NCBI RefSeq assembly: GCF_000143415.4
Contig: NW_003314261.1
Location: 2,677,266 to 2,741,265, forward strand
Direction: 5' to 3'
Length of the DNA: 64,000 nucleotides
Source of the DNA: Selaginella moellendorffii
Lineage: Eukaryota > Plantae > Lycopodiophyta
Shown piece by piece: positions 12,268 through 24,175 of the stretch. Every line of letters starts with the position of its first letter. The stretch's first letter is position 1. The notes beneath the pieces are model-generated. The model saw only the letters and a list, made by a program, of their open reading frames with translations. It had not been told where the DNA came from and searched no databases. The position numbers and the translations under genes are program-made.

Positions 12268-12687
12268 GTACAAACTGAGGTACGAGTATAAAGTGAGGTT
12301 GTGTTCAAAACGCTATGGTCCAATGGTTTGCTAAGAAATTATGGAATGTTTTTATGGCATTTTGTTACTTTCCTCCAAGTTGGATTTTGATTTTTAAAAA
12401 ATAGTGTGTTTACAATCCCCCTTCTTTTCCTATCTTTAAATTTATAGATAGCATGTTCTAGCACAATGGATTTGCTGAGATAGCTTCAATGAGATAGCTT
12501 GAAATAGTCAATACTTGAATGAGATAGCTTGAAAGAGTCAATACTCCACAAACCAAATGTAGTAGTGTGAAAAAACAATGAAAAATATGGTTCCAGCATC
12601 TATAATCATAGCAAGTTCTTCTTCCTTTGCCAAACGCAGCAACAAAGCAAAAGGGGTGGTACACACCTGTTATTAGCATGTAGAAAT

Positions 12688-14162
12688 TTAAGAAAAAAGA
12701 AAATACTTACATTTACATGGTGTTAAGATTGTGCTTCTTCTGTCAAGTATGTGTTCTTTACAAAAGTTGTATTTGCCATATTCCACGAGGCAAGTTGTAG
12801 TTGTTGTTGATAGAACACCATTGATAAGTGCTGTCACTGGTGTTGCCTTTGAATATTGGAGTTCTCCAGCTTTCAACGAGCTCTCAACTGCAGAAAAATC
12901 ACGAAAGTGAGCCTCAAAAAGATCTTCATACACTGGAGTAGGGATCCCAAGATTTCTCCTTTGAAAGTTTGGCATTCCTTAACAGCTTGTCCTCGTCTCG
13001 TTCAAGGTTTCCAACAAAAATTCGTACTTATGCTTTTGTTGTAAGATCACTGCCCGTGACTTTTTGAAGTTTTTGCCGTGTGGAAGAGCAATTTTCAGCT
13101 TGTCTCCAGAAAGTTGTGTCAAGTGCTCAATTATATGTTGCAGTAGAATATCCTGTTCACTATCTAGCTGCACCAACTTGGCCTTGTTCACTCGTTTCAT
13201 ATGCTCATTACATTGAGCATTTTGTTTTAGCTTAAGAAACAACAAACAATCAGGATTATCATTGCAACCAATTTAAAAAGATCAAGAGTGTAGTTCACAG
13301 ATGGAAAACGCATCCACATTCAAGCTTGTGTGGTGCAAAATAGTTGCATGTTGACAATGCTGAGGTGGTAGTTTCGTACTGATACTTCTTGTCCTCAACG
13401 TCAAAAGCCTTCTTCAATGTTGAGCTAACAGCACAAAAAGGTTTGTACTTTGCTCGTAGTAACTTCTCCCACCTACTAAGGACCACCACCATAGAATATG
13501 AAACCTTAGATTGTTGAACAGAATCAACAGTATAGTGAAGAGTGGTTGATGGAGACTCATAAGAGATTTTCTTCCTTTTCTTGCTGCTTCTAGGTTTAGC
13601 CTCAATTTTGGTACAGGTTTTGGTACCACTAATCACCATTTTACCACTGTCACTTGTCCGACTTTTAGGTTGAGGCTCATTGTCGGAGCTAAGTTTCAAC
13701 CTTGTCTTTGGACAGCACTGCTTTTCGTGGGCTTCTGCGGACCAGCTACTACTTCTTCCTTGCTCTTTTCTCTTGCATCTTCTTCAAGTTAGTCGCTCTA
13801 GAAACTGCATAGGAGTACCAATTCACTTGACCTCTTGTGAGCTTTACTGCAAATGCCCGAGCAAAGCTAATACTCACTTGCCCATTGGTAAAGTTGTCGC
13901 TCTGGAAAACTCGACGGTGAATCTGTCAAATGACTCCTTCAGCGTTGCAAATGTATTGAGCCATAACCAAGCAACTTTGTAGTCGGTTAGCAACTTTGTC
14001 TCGTGCGCAAAGACGGTCTTGATCCACTTGCGCCATGTCCCAAACTCGATCCATTATCTCTCGTTTGACATGGTAGCTGTGTCGATCAGTCAGGCAAAGT
14101 CCCACCTTTGGGAGAAGCTCGACATCATAGAACTTGTCATCAAACTTGCGGACTTTTGACAT
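12688..14162 (-). pseudogene. Disrupted gene with a RING-like Cys/His segment, probably TE-associated
   Basis: Collinear minus-strand ORF pieces (13926-14162, 13295-13699, 12979-13245, 12688-12975) are separated by single in-frame stops or a short gap. They include CNYFAPHKLECGCVFH..PDCL and a basic Lys-rich stretch. Confidence 0.45.
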
Positions 14163-15297
14163 TACTGCCTGCTCCTTCCAAATGTTGGCGCCTGGCCATG
14201 GCTCCTGCCGCTGCTACTCCTCCCTGTTGCTGCCGCTGCCGTTCCCTGCTGTTGTCACTCACTGCCGCTGCCGCTGTGCCGCTCCTTGCCACTGCCTTCC
14301 ACTACTCACTAACACTACAATTATTTCAAATAAGCTATGGAAATTGATTGGATTCAATGGATCAAAAACCTCTAATTTAAGCTTCTGGAGGAGCTCTAGG
14401 AGCTGCCAAAACTCCTAGCATCAGCTACTGCTCTATGTAGCACTCATGATCAAACCAATCTACTTGTGGTTGAGCCTTTTATAGTACCACCCGTCCATGT
14501 CCTAGCATGATCCCTATGCATAAGCCATGAAAACTGCTTCACAGTGCCAACATTAAGGTTGAAGATTATTTCACTGCACATGTTCATGCACACCTCAGCA
14601 GCCGCCAGAAAATAAGAAAAGCTATCTATAATAGTATGAATCCATATGTTCTATGGAGCAAACGTACACCAACCTGCAAGAGAATTCACTGGGCAAGAGA
14701 AGCATAGGAAAAAAATTCTACTTACTGTCAATATACTAAATTCTTATAGGAGCAGTGATATTGTACACTTGCTTGTTGATCACTTGTTTAAACCCCATTG
14801 CCTATTGAATAGGATCGATGATTTGTAGCGCTCAACATACATGCCAATCTTGATCCCAACATGCCTTAATATGCCATGTGTATTTCTCACTCCCCAAGTA
14901 CTCCTAGCTACATCTAGTAGAAGGAGCTCTCACAAATTGGTTTTCCACCCATAGGTTTTCAATACATTCTGGAGGTAGTGCTCTAATGAAGGCCCTTGCA
15001 ACCTGCTTCATACTCCAATCACACAAGACATAATCAACTTCTTTAAGGTAATGTAAACCATGGATCATGCTACTTTGGCTATCCAAAGCTGTGCTAGAAC
15101 CTGTGCTAAATGCCTCACTAGAGTCACTAGACCTGTCTAACTCACAAACATAGCTCGGAACTTGATGCAGTCAAGAGCTGGTGCCTGCCAGTTGGAGTTG
15201 AGAGCTCTAAACCCTACACCAAGGCCAGGATGCTGCTGCGAGAGAGCCGTGATAGTTGCCTGAAGATTTATTCCCACAGTGTCACTACTGCCACTTC

Positions 15298-17738
15298 CAT
15301 AGTTGCAGCTAGACGTGCAAACGTTCAAACGCGTCCACGTTTAAACGCCGTTTAAAACGTTTTTTTCAGGGCAATCAAACGTTTACATGTTAAAGCCTAA
15401 AATGATTAGGAAAACACTAATATTTACTAAATACACTTTAATCTGATATTAAGTTTATAAAACCCAACTGATAAAACAAATGAAAGAAGAAGCCGTTTTA
15501 GTCGTCTTCTGATTCCGAATCGTCTTCCATTCCTTCATCAATGCTAAACTCGTCAGCAACCTGATTTGGTTCCTCAAAAGCTTCTTGCAGATCCAAAATC
15601 CTCTTCCAATGAGGCTCCAACTCCAGCTTGTCTATATCAATCTCCAGCATCCTCAAACCTTCACTCTCCAGCTTCTGAACAACCCGCAAGTTTGTATGAA
15701 TGTAAACCAGCTTCTCAGCATTTTTGGGAAGCAAGCGGGACCTGCACTTTGTTTGTATCAAGCTCCATGAGCTCCAATTCCTCTCACATGGAGAAGCGCA
15801 AACAACCTGGCTTAAAATCTAGAGAGCCATGCAACGTAGATCAGGCATCTCTAAACCAAAAGAACTCCACCAGGTTACTGGAAACTTTCTGGTCTCCCGA
15901 TCCTTGGCAACAGGTAACCTCATTTGCCGTCCAAGCTGTTGCCGAAACCTCTCAAACTGTGCCTGCAATCTCAGCTGCAAGTCCAGATCACCTCCACTAT
16001 AAACATGCATGTACTCCAACCAGTTCCCGCGTGCCTCATTGTCCAGCTTGTCGTTCTCTGGGTTATCCCCCAGAAACAGAGGATGAAGAGCAAAAGCAGC
16101 TCCATGAATGACGTTGTGCATTTGATACCACCTTGCCTCCTTCAGACCGTGTGATTCAAGTAGGAAATCCTTGATTTGTCCCACTTCCTCATGTGCATAA
16201 ATTCCGTTTCGAGCTCCCTCGTCCATCTTCTCAATCAGCCGATCAACAGCTTCAAAGATGAGGCCTGAAGTCGCCCCCTCCCGATCAGCGAGTCGAAGAA
16301 CTCGAAGTAAAGGTCCGAGCAAAATTAACAAATTCTCGCACCGCTCCCAGAACGAGTCATTGAGAACACGAGATCGCAGCTCCAGGCCCTCCAGCTTCTT
16401 AGACCAGTCAAGTCGCTCCCATTCTTGGCTCACCACCATTCTTCGAAGCCCGGAGAGATTCGTGGTCTCCAGAAGCTGAGACATCACGAGAAAAATATAA
16501 GCAAACCTCGTGGTCACAGGCTTTATCAGGTCCCGTTTGCAGAAAGTTCTATAAAGAGCTAGAACCCGTGGCTTTGAGGTGATGAAGGTAACTATCTTCG
16601 CACAGCCATCGACGAAAGGCTGCACCCAAGACAGAGCTCCAATATCTTCAAACAGCAAGTCCATAACGTGGCAAATGCAGCGAACGTGTACAATCTGTGG
16701 AAACTCCTGCTGCAAAAGCTCCCCCATGACCACGCAGTTGCTTGCATTGTCTGTCACCACCTGCACAACGTTTTCTGCACCAACCTCGGCAATCACTTGT
16801 TTCAGCTGCTCAAACAACCATGCTCCGGTTTTCTTCGCATTCTTGCTGTCCACAGCCTTCAGGAAAATTGAGCCTCTCACAGAACTAACCATGAAGTTGA
16901 TAAAGAGACCGCTTCTTGATATCAGACCAGCCATCCATGACAATGGTACAACCATATGTCCTCCAACTTAGCCGCACATCTTCAAGCCGCTTCTGAATGT
17001 GTTGTATATTCGTTGTAGCTCAGTTGTCCGCAACTTCTCATATCCCATGAGGTTGTCAATCGCTGGACGCCCCACTTTTGCGGCAACTTTCAGCATTCTC
17101 TTCAAGTTGTCTCTTCAGATTGTGTTGAAGGAGATGTTCTCGGCAAAGAAGAACTCTGCAACAGCATCATCCAGTGCCTCAGCCGAAGCAGTATCAAAAA
17201 ATGTCACCAAATTTCCATCCGAGGATCTACGTTTCGCTGCTCTGCTTGTCCCAGCACTGGACCAGTTCTCCGTGCTTGCCACCATAGATTCTGCTGGCCC
17301 CCCTGAACCCTGTGCGGCTTGCTGCAGCAGATGCCCATCATCAGCATCTGCTGGGTCTGCTAGCTCGAAATCGGAAAAACTGCTGCGAGCGTTTTTAAGA
17401 ACTTCATAAGGGATCTCCCTCATTGCCTTGCACGTTTTCACACCTCTTGCCCGAACTCCAGCGAGATGTGCTCGCACTCGCTCTGCTCCCCCAGTGTGAA
17501 TCTCATGACAATACTTACATGTCCAGTGCCGCTCTGCTCGTATCACATGCTTCCAGCTCCAGCATTCGCGGCGTCCTCCAATTCCTGACATGACCCTGAA
17601 GAAACCCTAAAGAAACCCTAAAGAAACTCTTGTCTCTTTTCGCAAATAGTGCAAACGCGTTGGGAGTTTAAAACGGCGTTTTTTAACGCGTTTAAAACGT
17701 TACGTTTTTTTAGTTTCATACGTTTTCCGGCAACTATG
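15298..17738 (-). mobile_element. Full-length hAT DNA transposon (defective)
   Basis: TIRs CATAGTTGC (15298-15306) and GCAACTATG (17730-17738). 8-bp TSD GCCACTTC on the left and G(C)CCACTTC on the right (1-nt indel). Clustered subterminal AAACG/CGTTT motifs at both ends and an internal transposase. Confidence 0.9.
15498..17591 (-). pseudogene. hAT transposase pseudogene (BED finger, DUF659-type core, C-terminal dimerisation domain)
   Basis: WxxKH..CKYC..RVRAHLAG BED finger; FINFMVSS, VVQVVTDNASN, CICHVMDL and TRFA; WWSSFG..CERNWS..RSRLLPKNAEKLVYIHTNLR. Stops at ~17115 and ~15819 and a frameshift near 16900-16970. Confidence 0.9.
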
Positions 17739-18267
17739 GCCCACTTCTGCTGAGGAAACCTATACCACCTAGCTGCTGCACTAGAGCGCTGCCACCCAAA
17801 TTTTGCTAGGGCTGGGAGTTGCTCCCGCCTTGCTGCTGCCTAGCAAGTGGCCCTAGAGGCAATTGTAGCTTCAGCTGTGCTGACGTGGCTTCCATCTAGT
17901 TTCATGTGGAGGCAAGGGCGGTATGTACGAATGCCTAGAGTAGCTGCTACAGCAATGATTTCTCCCCTCACTATCACCACGATGGACAACGTGACACGTG
18001 GCAAACCACCTGGGAAACTTCAAATGAAATTGATTCTATTTCTAGCTTTCCCCATTTCTCTTTTTCTTTTCTTTGTTTTTTTTTTTTCTTTGTTCTTTCA
18101 TTTTGTTTCTTCTCTTTCCAGAGTATACGCCGTGTGTAAGTTTGCAAGCAAGGATCCAGCCAGCCAAAAGCATTTTATCTATAAGATGAACAGGTAGGTT
18201 ATAGGAGACTTATTGGCAGGAGAACACAGTAAGGTAGTGCTTGTTTCTAGGGTACAATTTTTTTCTT

Positions 18268-19330
18268 TTAGCCTTTCTCTTTGCCAACATCCTCTAAGCA
18301 CCTACACATTACCGAGTAAGATGTATGTAGGCTAATAACCGTAATTGGCCAAGGAGGTGGCCCCCAAGTCTGGGCATGAGAACTGAAGAAGCTTGGCCCT
18401 GGAAGCTGGAAGGATGCCTCCAAATGAGTAGAAGGCCACTCATGTTGCTGTGCCAAGTCACATGAAGAAGTGTCGTGACAAATGCTGCAAAAGATGCCCG
18501 TGTGTGGGAAGACAAGTGAGTCCTGCTGGAAAGTGGATGAAGAGAAGTGAGCTGCACTCCTCCAAAGAGCCATGATGCTGTGAAGAAGTCGGGCTGAGAA
18601 GGTCGCAAAGCTGTGGGTCGAGTCGTCATGAAAATCCGAAGAGTGGCTGTGATGATCCGCTAAGGAAGAGTTCGTTGAAGATGCCTGTGCCATATCTTGG
18701 CCTGGACTAATATAATGAACAGGTCCTCCAGGTCCAAAAGGATGAAGTGCCCAAGCTGGAAAGTCTCCTCAAAAATGCTGGAACATAGTTTCAATCGGGG
18801 AAGTCTGATGCCTCATAAAGAGCTGCTACTGGATGAAGTGATCTGTGAGAGTAGGCAGCGGATGAAGAGTGAAAGACTCCATGAATAGAAGTTGTGCCAC
18901 CAAGAGGGAAGCGTGGCAACTCATAAGTTGTAACACTCCACGATGAAGTGCACGGAGCTTGGAGTGGTAGAGCCTGTAAATACAAGATTAGTACAAAAAT
19001 ATAGACAATAGTGTAGATACAGGTCCCAAAGAAACGTGTGTAATCTCCCAAGGCAGCATGTGGAGCAAAGAACTTCTCATCTGCTGCAGATGCCGAGATC
19101 TGGAAAATGCTAGAATCTCTTGAATCTCGCTCCTCCAGAGGATCCTGGGCCTCCATGAGCAGGACCAACTCCAAGGGAGTTCCCTGGTGGATAGGAGTCA
19201 CCACTTCTTCAAGGTTGAAATCGCTGGAAGCAGGGAAGAAGAGGTCACCACCTTCATGGGGAATATGCTGCAAAACTGTTGAATATTTATTACCCAAAAT
19301 GGGATTGCTATTAGGACTATACAATAAGAT
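18268..19330 (-). mobile_element. Degenerate repeat, possibly non-LTR retroelement debris
   Basis: Broken overlapping frames with LINE-3'-like wording (KIWHRHL..., FCSICHD, LLHVTWHS) and a T/C-rich tract nearby. No intact domain. Confidence 0.25.
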
Positions 19331-19799
19331 AATGAGAGAACTTAATGCTATCTATTAGCAATATTAAATACCTATTTCTCAGTATTGTTAGAGTTATTGA
19401 AACTAAGTAATGTAAGACTAGTAGCCTAAGTAATATTTAACTTAGGAATTCCATCCTTATGCCCAATTTAAGTACATTTGAAATATTAATAAACATAATA
19501 AAAATGGGTTTGTACCTCTTGCGATCATGGTAGTAAGTGTTAGTGCAAGAAGTCAGGTTCACTACAAGCTCTAAGAATTAACAATAACAAATTTGCAGAA
19601 TTATATACTTGGAACAGTTTCACAAATAAACACTTATTACAAGTTTGGACTAAATTGTGTGGTGAACTTTATCAAGCTTTGAGGAAGGCAATAGCAAGTT
19701 TGCTGGAATGGCTAAGCAATATAACATGATAAGTTAGACAAAAATTGAAAGATTGATAAAAATATCATTTCATTTTGTGTTTATCTTGGGCATGGTGAC

Positions 19800-20900
19800 T
19801 CTTATCTTGGATTCCATGCTCAAGCTACATTACCGATCGTATGAAGATTCCTCTATTGGTTCCAGCTCTTGGCTTTTCCTACCATCATATACTTTCACAT
19901 CATCCCACCATCTCTCACATCCAAACACAGTCACAAAATTCCATACCATGTTCTCTCCACACGCGCATTCATCACTATAAATGCCATCTCATTTTCATTC
20001 CGTTTTTCATCACCTTCAGCACTTTTTTTTGGGACATTTTGGCCATCACTTTATTTGGCACATCATTCTCTATTAGGAGAAACAAACATCACCTCTTTTG
20101 GACTTGTCCTTCACACAAGATCCAGCTGGGACTTCTCGACATCATCTATGCCATCATCTTTTGGAGCAACTCTCTTCCAGCTAGTTGAACCCGGTTTCCC
20201 CAGGCAACTTGGCAGACTATTTGGTGTGGAATGCAGCAGACACCCTCTTCCATCAGCTCCAGCATCTCAGCGGGCAAGTGCCACCTCTTCTCACGAAGTT
20301 CCAGCGAGTTTATCATCATCTACGGCTGCTTGTTCCAGATTCAAAGACATCACAATTGAGCACGTCTCAGACAATCCACATCACTTTATTACTTGGCTAT
20401 GATCACTTCTCTTTCACATGATTCCATTCCATCCATCTCCAAATCTGCAGTTACCACGATTGGGCAACATTTCCCACCTTCTACCTCGCTTTCTTCTCTA
20501 GTTTCGGTCATTCCCTTCGGGCAAGGTTGGGATCAACAAGATGCTGCATGTGCATATTACCATTTCCTGAGCCAAGATCCAAGTACGTGTCCCATTCTCT
20601 TGGTACTCACAACTTTGGGTGTCTAGTTTGCGTTTAGAGTATTTCTCACAAGGTTTTCCCTCTAACCCCAAACTTACCTTTATCTTTTTTCTTTTCTATC
20701 ACCTTATTATTTTATTTTCAGTTTCTCTTTTCTTTTTCTCTTTTTTTCTCCTCTACTTCTCTTGGATCCAGCAGTTTCTGTCTCTGGGCATTTGGTGCAG
20801 AACTTCACTACAACATCTTCAACATCCAAGTCATGGGTTCTTGCGACGACGAAGCCTGTCATGATCCCTCTTGGTCACCTATTGTGGCCGCTGCCAAGCA
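19800..20900 (+). mobile_element. Degenerate LINE-like 3' remnant
   Basis: Frameshifted pieces include HHLFWTCP and WQTIW (zf-RVT-like region of plant LINEs), followed by a pyrimidine-rich tail at 20670-20760. Confidence 0.4.
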
Positions 20901-20959
20901 TCTTAGCTAGAGTGAGAGGTTATATTCCGATCCCAGAATATTCTCTCATCTCCTTGTAG

Positions 20960-22272
20960 CAGACTCCGCCTGGGTCAAAGTTGGGGAGTTGCATCTAGAT
21001 GGAGCTACTCAACCAACCTTACATGGATTGCTCCAGATTAATTGCAGTGCAAGTTTGACGGCACCTGAACCTCTGAGACCATTGATTAAGTGGACCTGAT
21101 GATATCACTGAGAGGGAAATTGTTGCTAGAAGACTGAAGACCACATTGTTGCCGTTACAGAGCTACTGATCTGTGGTGGGACGGAGTCTATGGCCATTAC
21201 CTTTTCTAGTCCAGATAATAAAAACTAAACATCTTCAACAAACGCGCGTTCAAAGTGGATGTTCTTATGTCCTTGCTCCTGTATAAGACAAGTTTGTAAA
21301 TGTAATGCCAGTACAAACAAGATCTAAATAATATTTGTGTTCCCCCAGGCTCGTAGCCACACGGTGGACCAGGCAAGACCTCGCAGCTTTAGAAGGCATG
21401 GAACGTTAAGAATTGGTGAGCTTGGTGTTGCTTCTAGCTGCATCAGACAAGTTGCTCAAATCAGTGGAAGCACTGGTAAACTTCAAGTTCTTGCGACTGA
21501 TTCAGTAAAGGAACAAGGATCAAGCTTTCCACAGTCTTCTTGAGCATGTTCTGGAGCATGTCGATTTGCTCTTGGTTGGCAAGTTCTGCTTGAAGGCCCC
21601 TCCACATACTCCGGAGGAACTCACTCCATGCTTTGGCGAGCCCTTGAATAAGTCTCTCAATCGGTAAGAGGTGACATTGTTGAAGGTTTTAAGGAACTGT
21701 TGGATCTGAACTTGAACGTGTTGCACAACTTGAGCATCATGAGGGCATCAGTCTTCAAGTTACAAACAGTGTCAAGCATAACATTCCATCCCACCAGAAG
21801 ATCAGTCACTGCAGCAGGATTTCTTTCTTGTGCTGAAGATGTCGAGTCTGAATGTTGTACACAAGGTCTTTATGCTTCAGGTATGTCAGCGATGCTTGGG
21901 AACGATCTATGGAATCAGGGAAAAGTCCAAGGTAAGGGTATTTGCACGCGTTCGAGGTGATGCCCGTGGCATGATGCATGCGCTGGCCAAGACCGGCGAT
22001 CTGGACGGCGCCAAAAAGGTCTTCAACGAGAATGTCGCCAACGAGTTCTTGTTCAAGGAGACGATGTTACATTTATCAGATTCTGGACTGTTCTTTTCTT
22101 TTTTGCTCACCCAGCAGCCCTCTTGCTATTGAAGAGTCCACACAGTGATCTTGGTGGTGGACAGCAGACCACACGAGTTCCTCTTCAAGCACGAGGACTT
22201 GCAGTCCTCCAGCGAGTTGAAAGAACCAAAAGAAATTCTTTAGGGCTTATTTGAATGAAGGAATATTCCAAC
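20960..22272 (+). repeat. Left arm of a ~1.3-kb inverted repeat
   Basis: Matches the reverse complement of 24176-25472 along its length, with some indels. For example, CAGACTCCGCCTGGGTCAAAGTTGGGGAGTTG at 20960 corresponds to 25441-25472. Confidence 0.95.
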
Positions 22273-22612
22273 CACTTCTAGCTCGCAGGGCTTTTACCTT
22301 GTCAACGCTGTGGAGCTTGACGGTCCACGCTGACTTCTTTCACAAGGAAACTCAAGACACAACGTGGGATGCCAACTTTGTCACGCTGCAAATGGAGTCA
22401 GTCGAGTACTGGACTTTGGATTTGAAAGCGCAGTGCAAGCAGCGACCAAATTCTACAACGTTCCATAATATGTGGAGACAATCAACCCGAGCAGCAGCAG
22501 CACGGGGAGCCTTCAGGTCATCCTCGCGGTGACCCTGAGCGCCCGGCTCCATGTGGACCGTGGGATACTAAGGATACTAAGGATCCCTGTCAATAGCTTA
22601 GGGCATTGCAAG

Positions 22613-23998
22613 ATGGAGCGTGTCAGGCGCATCGTTTTCGACTGTTTTGGTTGCTTTCCGGGACGCTTGGAGAGGATCATCGGGAAAGTGCTGGGCTGCT
22701 GTGTCCGCATCCAGGGCGTCCTTGGCCGTGGCAGCTACAACCTTGTGCTCGACACGCTGCTGGTAGACAAGGGTCGGAGCGAGCGTCGCGTCGCGCTTCG
22801 CCTCCCGCTCACTCGCCGCAGCCGGATTTCTCCCCAAGAGGCGGTCTCTGGCTACGCGGCCACTCTCTTCCTGTCGCAGCTAGGCGGCCCCACGGTCGTC
22901 GCGGGGCCGATCCACGTGGCAAGCCCGCCCCTCCCTTACGCGACACGGGGGATGTCCTACCTGGCGGTTCTACCCGTGGCCGACGGTGTACGGCTGTGGG
23001 ATCTTTGGGAGGACAGCCGCTCCACGCTGGCATGGAGGAAGAGGGTGCTGTCCGACCTGGCAGCCGTGACGCTCCAGCTGTACCGCCACCCGCTGGAGGG
23101 GATTGGTGACATGGCGCTCGCATCCGACGGGTCTCCATGCGTGGGCGTGCTGCACGACGGCGCCGTGGCCATCGCCATGGAGCGCGGGATGGACGTGGGC
23201 GATCGCCTCAGCCCCGGCCCCTATTCGACTTGGAAGGAGTATGCTTGGAACCAGATCCAGGGGTTGCTGCTGCTGCATGGAGACAGCCCCTTATACGGCG
23301 GATCGATCAGGGCCAACGCGGAGATCATCCTTGAGTGGCTGGAGGATTTCCAGCCCGATTTCCCGGAGAAGTTCTTCCTTTGTCACCCCGAGTTTGGCAG
23401 CGGGCAGGTATTGGTTGATCCCGGCTCGGGGCACGTCGAGAGCATTGTCGACTGGGACTGCGCGAAAACGGTGACGGTGCATTGGCTGGCGCGGGGCTTC
23501 TTTCTCCCGTTTTTCCACTATCGCGAGAAGCCTGACGAGGTGGAGGAGGAGGAGCTACTGAGGTTTTTCCGCGAGGAGCTGAGGTTGGGTGGTGCGCCGG
23601 AGCTCGTCCCGTACGTGACCAAGCACCCCGAGGAGGTGTATCCGCAAGTCATGTTTGAGGAGCACATTCGTCCTCGTGAGGTTTCTGCCGAGTGTGCAGA
23701 CACCTCGCTGTGGGTGTTTTGTACAGAGATGCAAGCGCAGGGGTTCATGGATGATGAGATGGTGATACAAAAGGTTGAGGCGCCTTGGAAGAAATCGAAA
23801 TCTCCGACCACTTCGTCGGCCGAAGAGGACGATGAAGAGAAGAGTGGTGAGGACGATGAAGAGGACGAGGACGGTGAGGAGGAGAGTGGCGACGATGAAG
23901 AGGAGAGCAGCGACAGCGAGGAGGAGAGTGGCAAGGACGATGAAGAGGACGAGGACGGTGAGGAGGAGAGCGGCGAGGACGAGGACGAGGAGCAGTGA
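22613..23998 (+). CDS. Intronless APH/choline-kinase-like phosphotransferase (fungal-type) with acidic tail, intact copy
   Basis: 461 aa from ATG 22613. Gly loop LGRGSYN, VALRLP, GVRLWDLW, IGDM, GPYSTWKEY, Brenner-like FLCHPEFGSGQVLVD and IVDWD, then an Asp/Glu/Ser-rich repeat tail. GC-rich. Confidence 0.75.
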   Translation: MERVRRIVFDCFGCFPGRLERIIGKVLGCCVRIQGVLGRGSYNLVLDTLLVDKGRSERRVALRLPLTRRSRISPQEAVSGYAATLFLSQLGGPTVVAGPIHVASPPLPYATRGMSYLAVLPVADGVRLWDLWEDSRSTLAWRKRVLSDLAAVTLQLYRHPLEGIGDMALASDGSPCVGVLHDGAVAIAMERGMDVGDRLSPGPYSTWKEYAWNQIQGLLLLHGDSPLYGGSIRANAEIILEWLEDFQPDFPEKFFLCHPEFGSGQVLVDPGSGHVESIVDWDCAKTVTVHWLARGFFLPFFHYREKPDEVEEEELLRFFREELRLGGAPELVPYVTKHPEEVYPQVMFEEHIRPREVSAECADTSLWVFCTEMQAQGFMDDEMVIQKVEAPWKKSKSPTTSSAEEDDEEKSGEDDEEDEDGEEESGDDEEESSDSEEESGKDDEEDEDGEEESGEDEDEEQ

Positions 23999-24175
23999 AG
24001 AGGAGAGTGGCGAGGTTTCGTGAAAGTGAAAAATGCCGTACACATACGAATCTAAACCAAGCCCTATAGATTAGAATATTCGCTCATTCAAATAAACCCC
24101 ACCGAATATTCGGGTCTTATCTAGGTTTATTACATGACTGCATTCCCTTCTCTCCTTGCGAAAATATGCTTAAGA

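Noticed and set aside
23518-24045. Ser-rich, Leu-rich and Arg-rich ORFs overlapping the kinase tail
   Set aside because: Alternative-frame and antisense shadows of the acidic GAG/GAC repeat.
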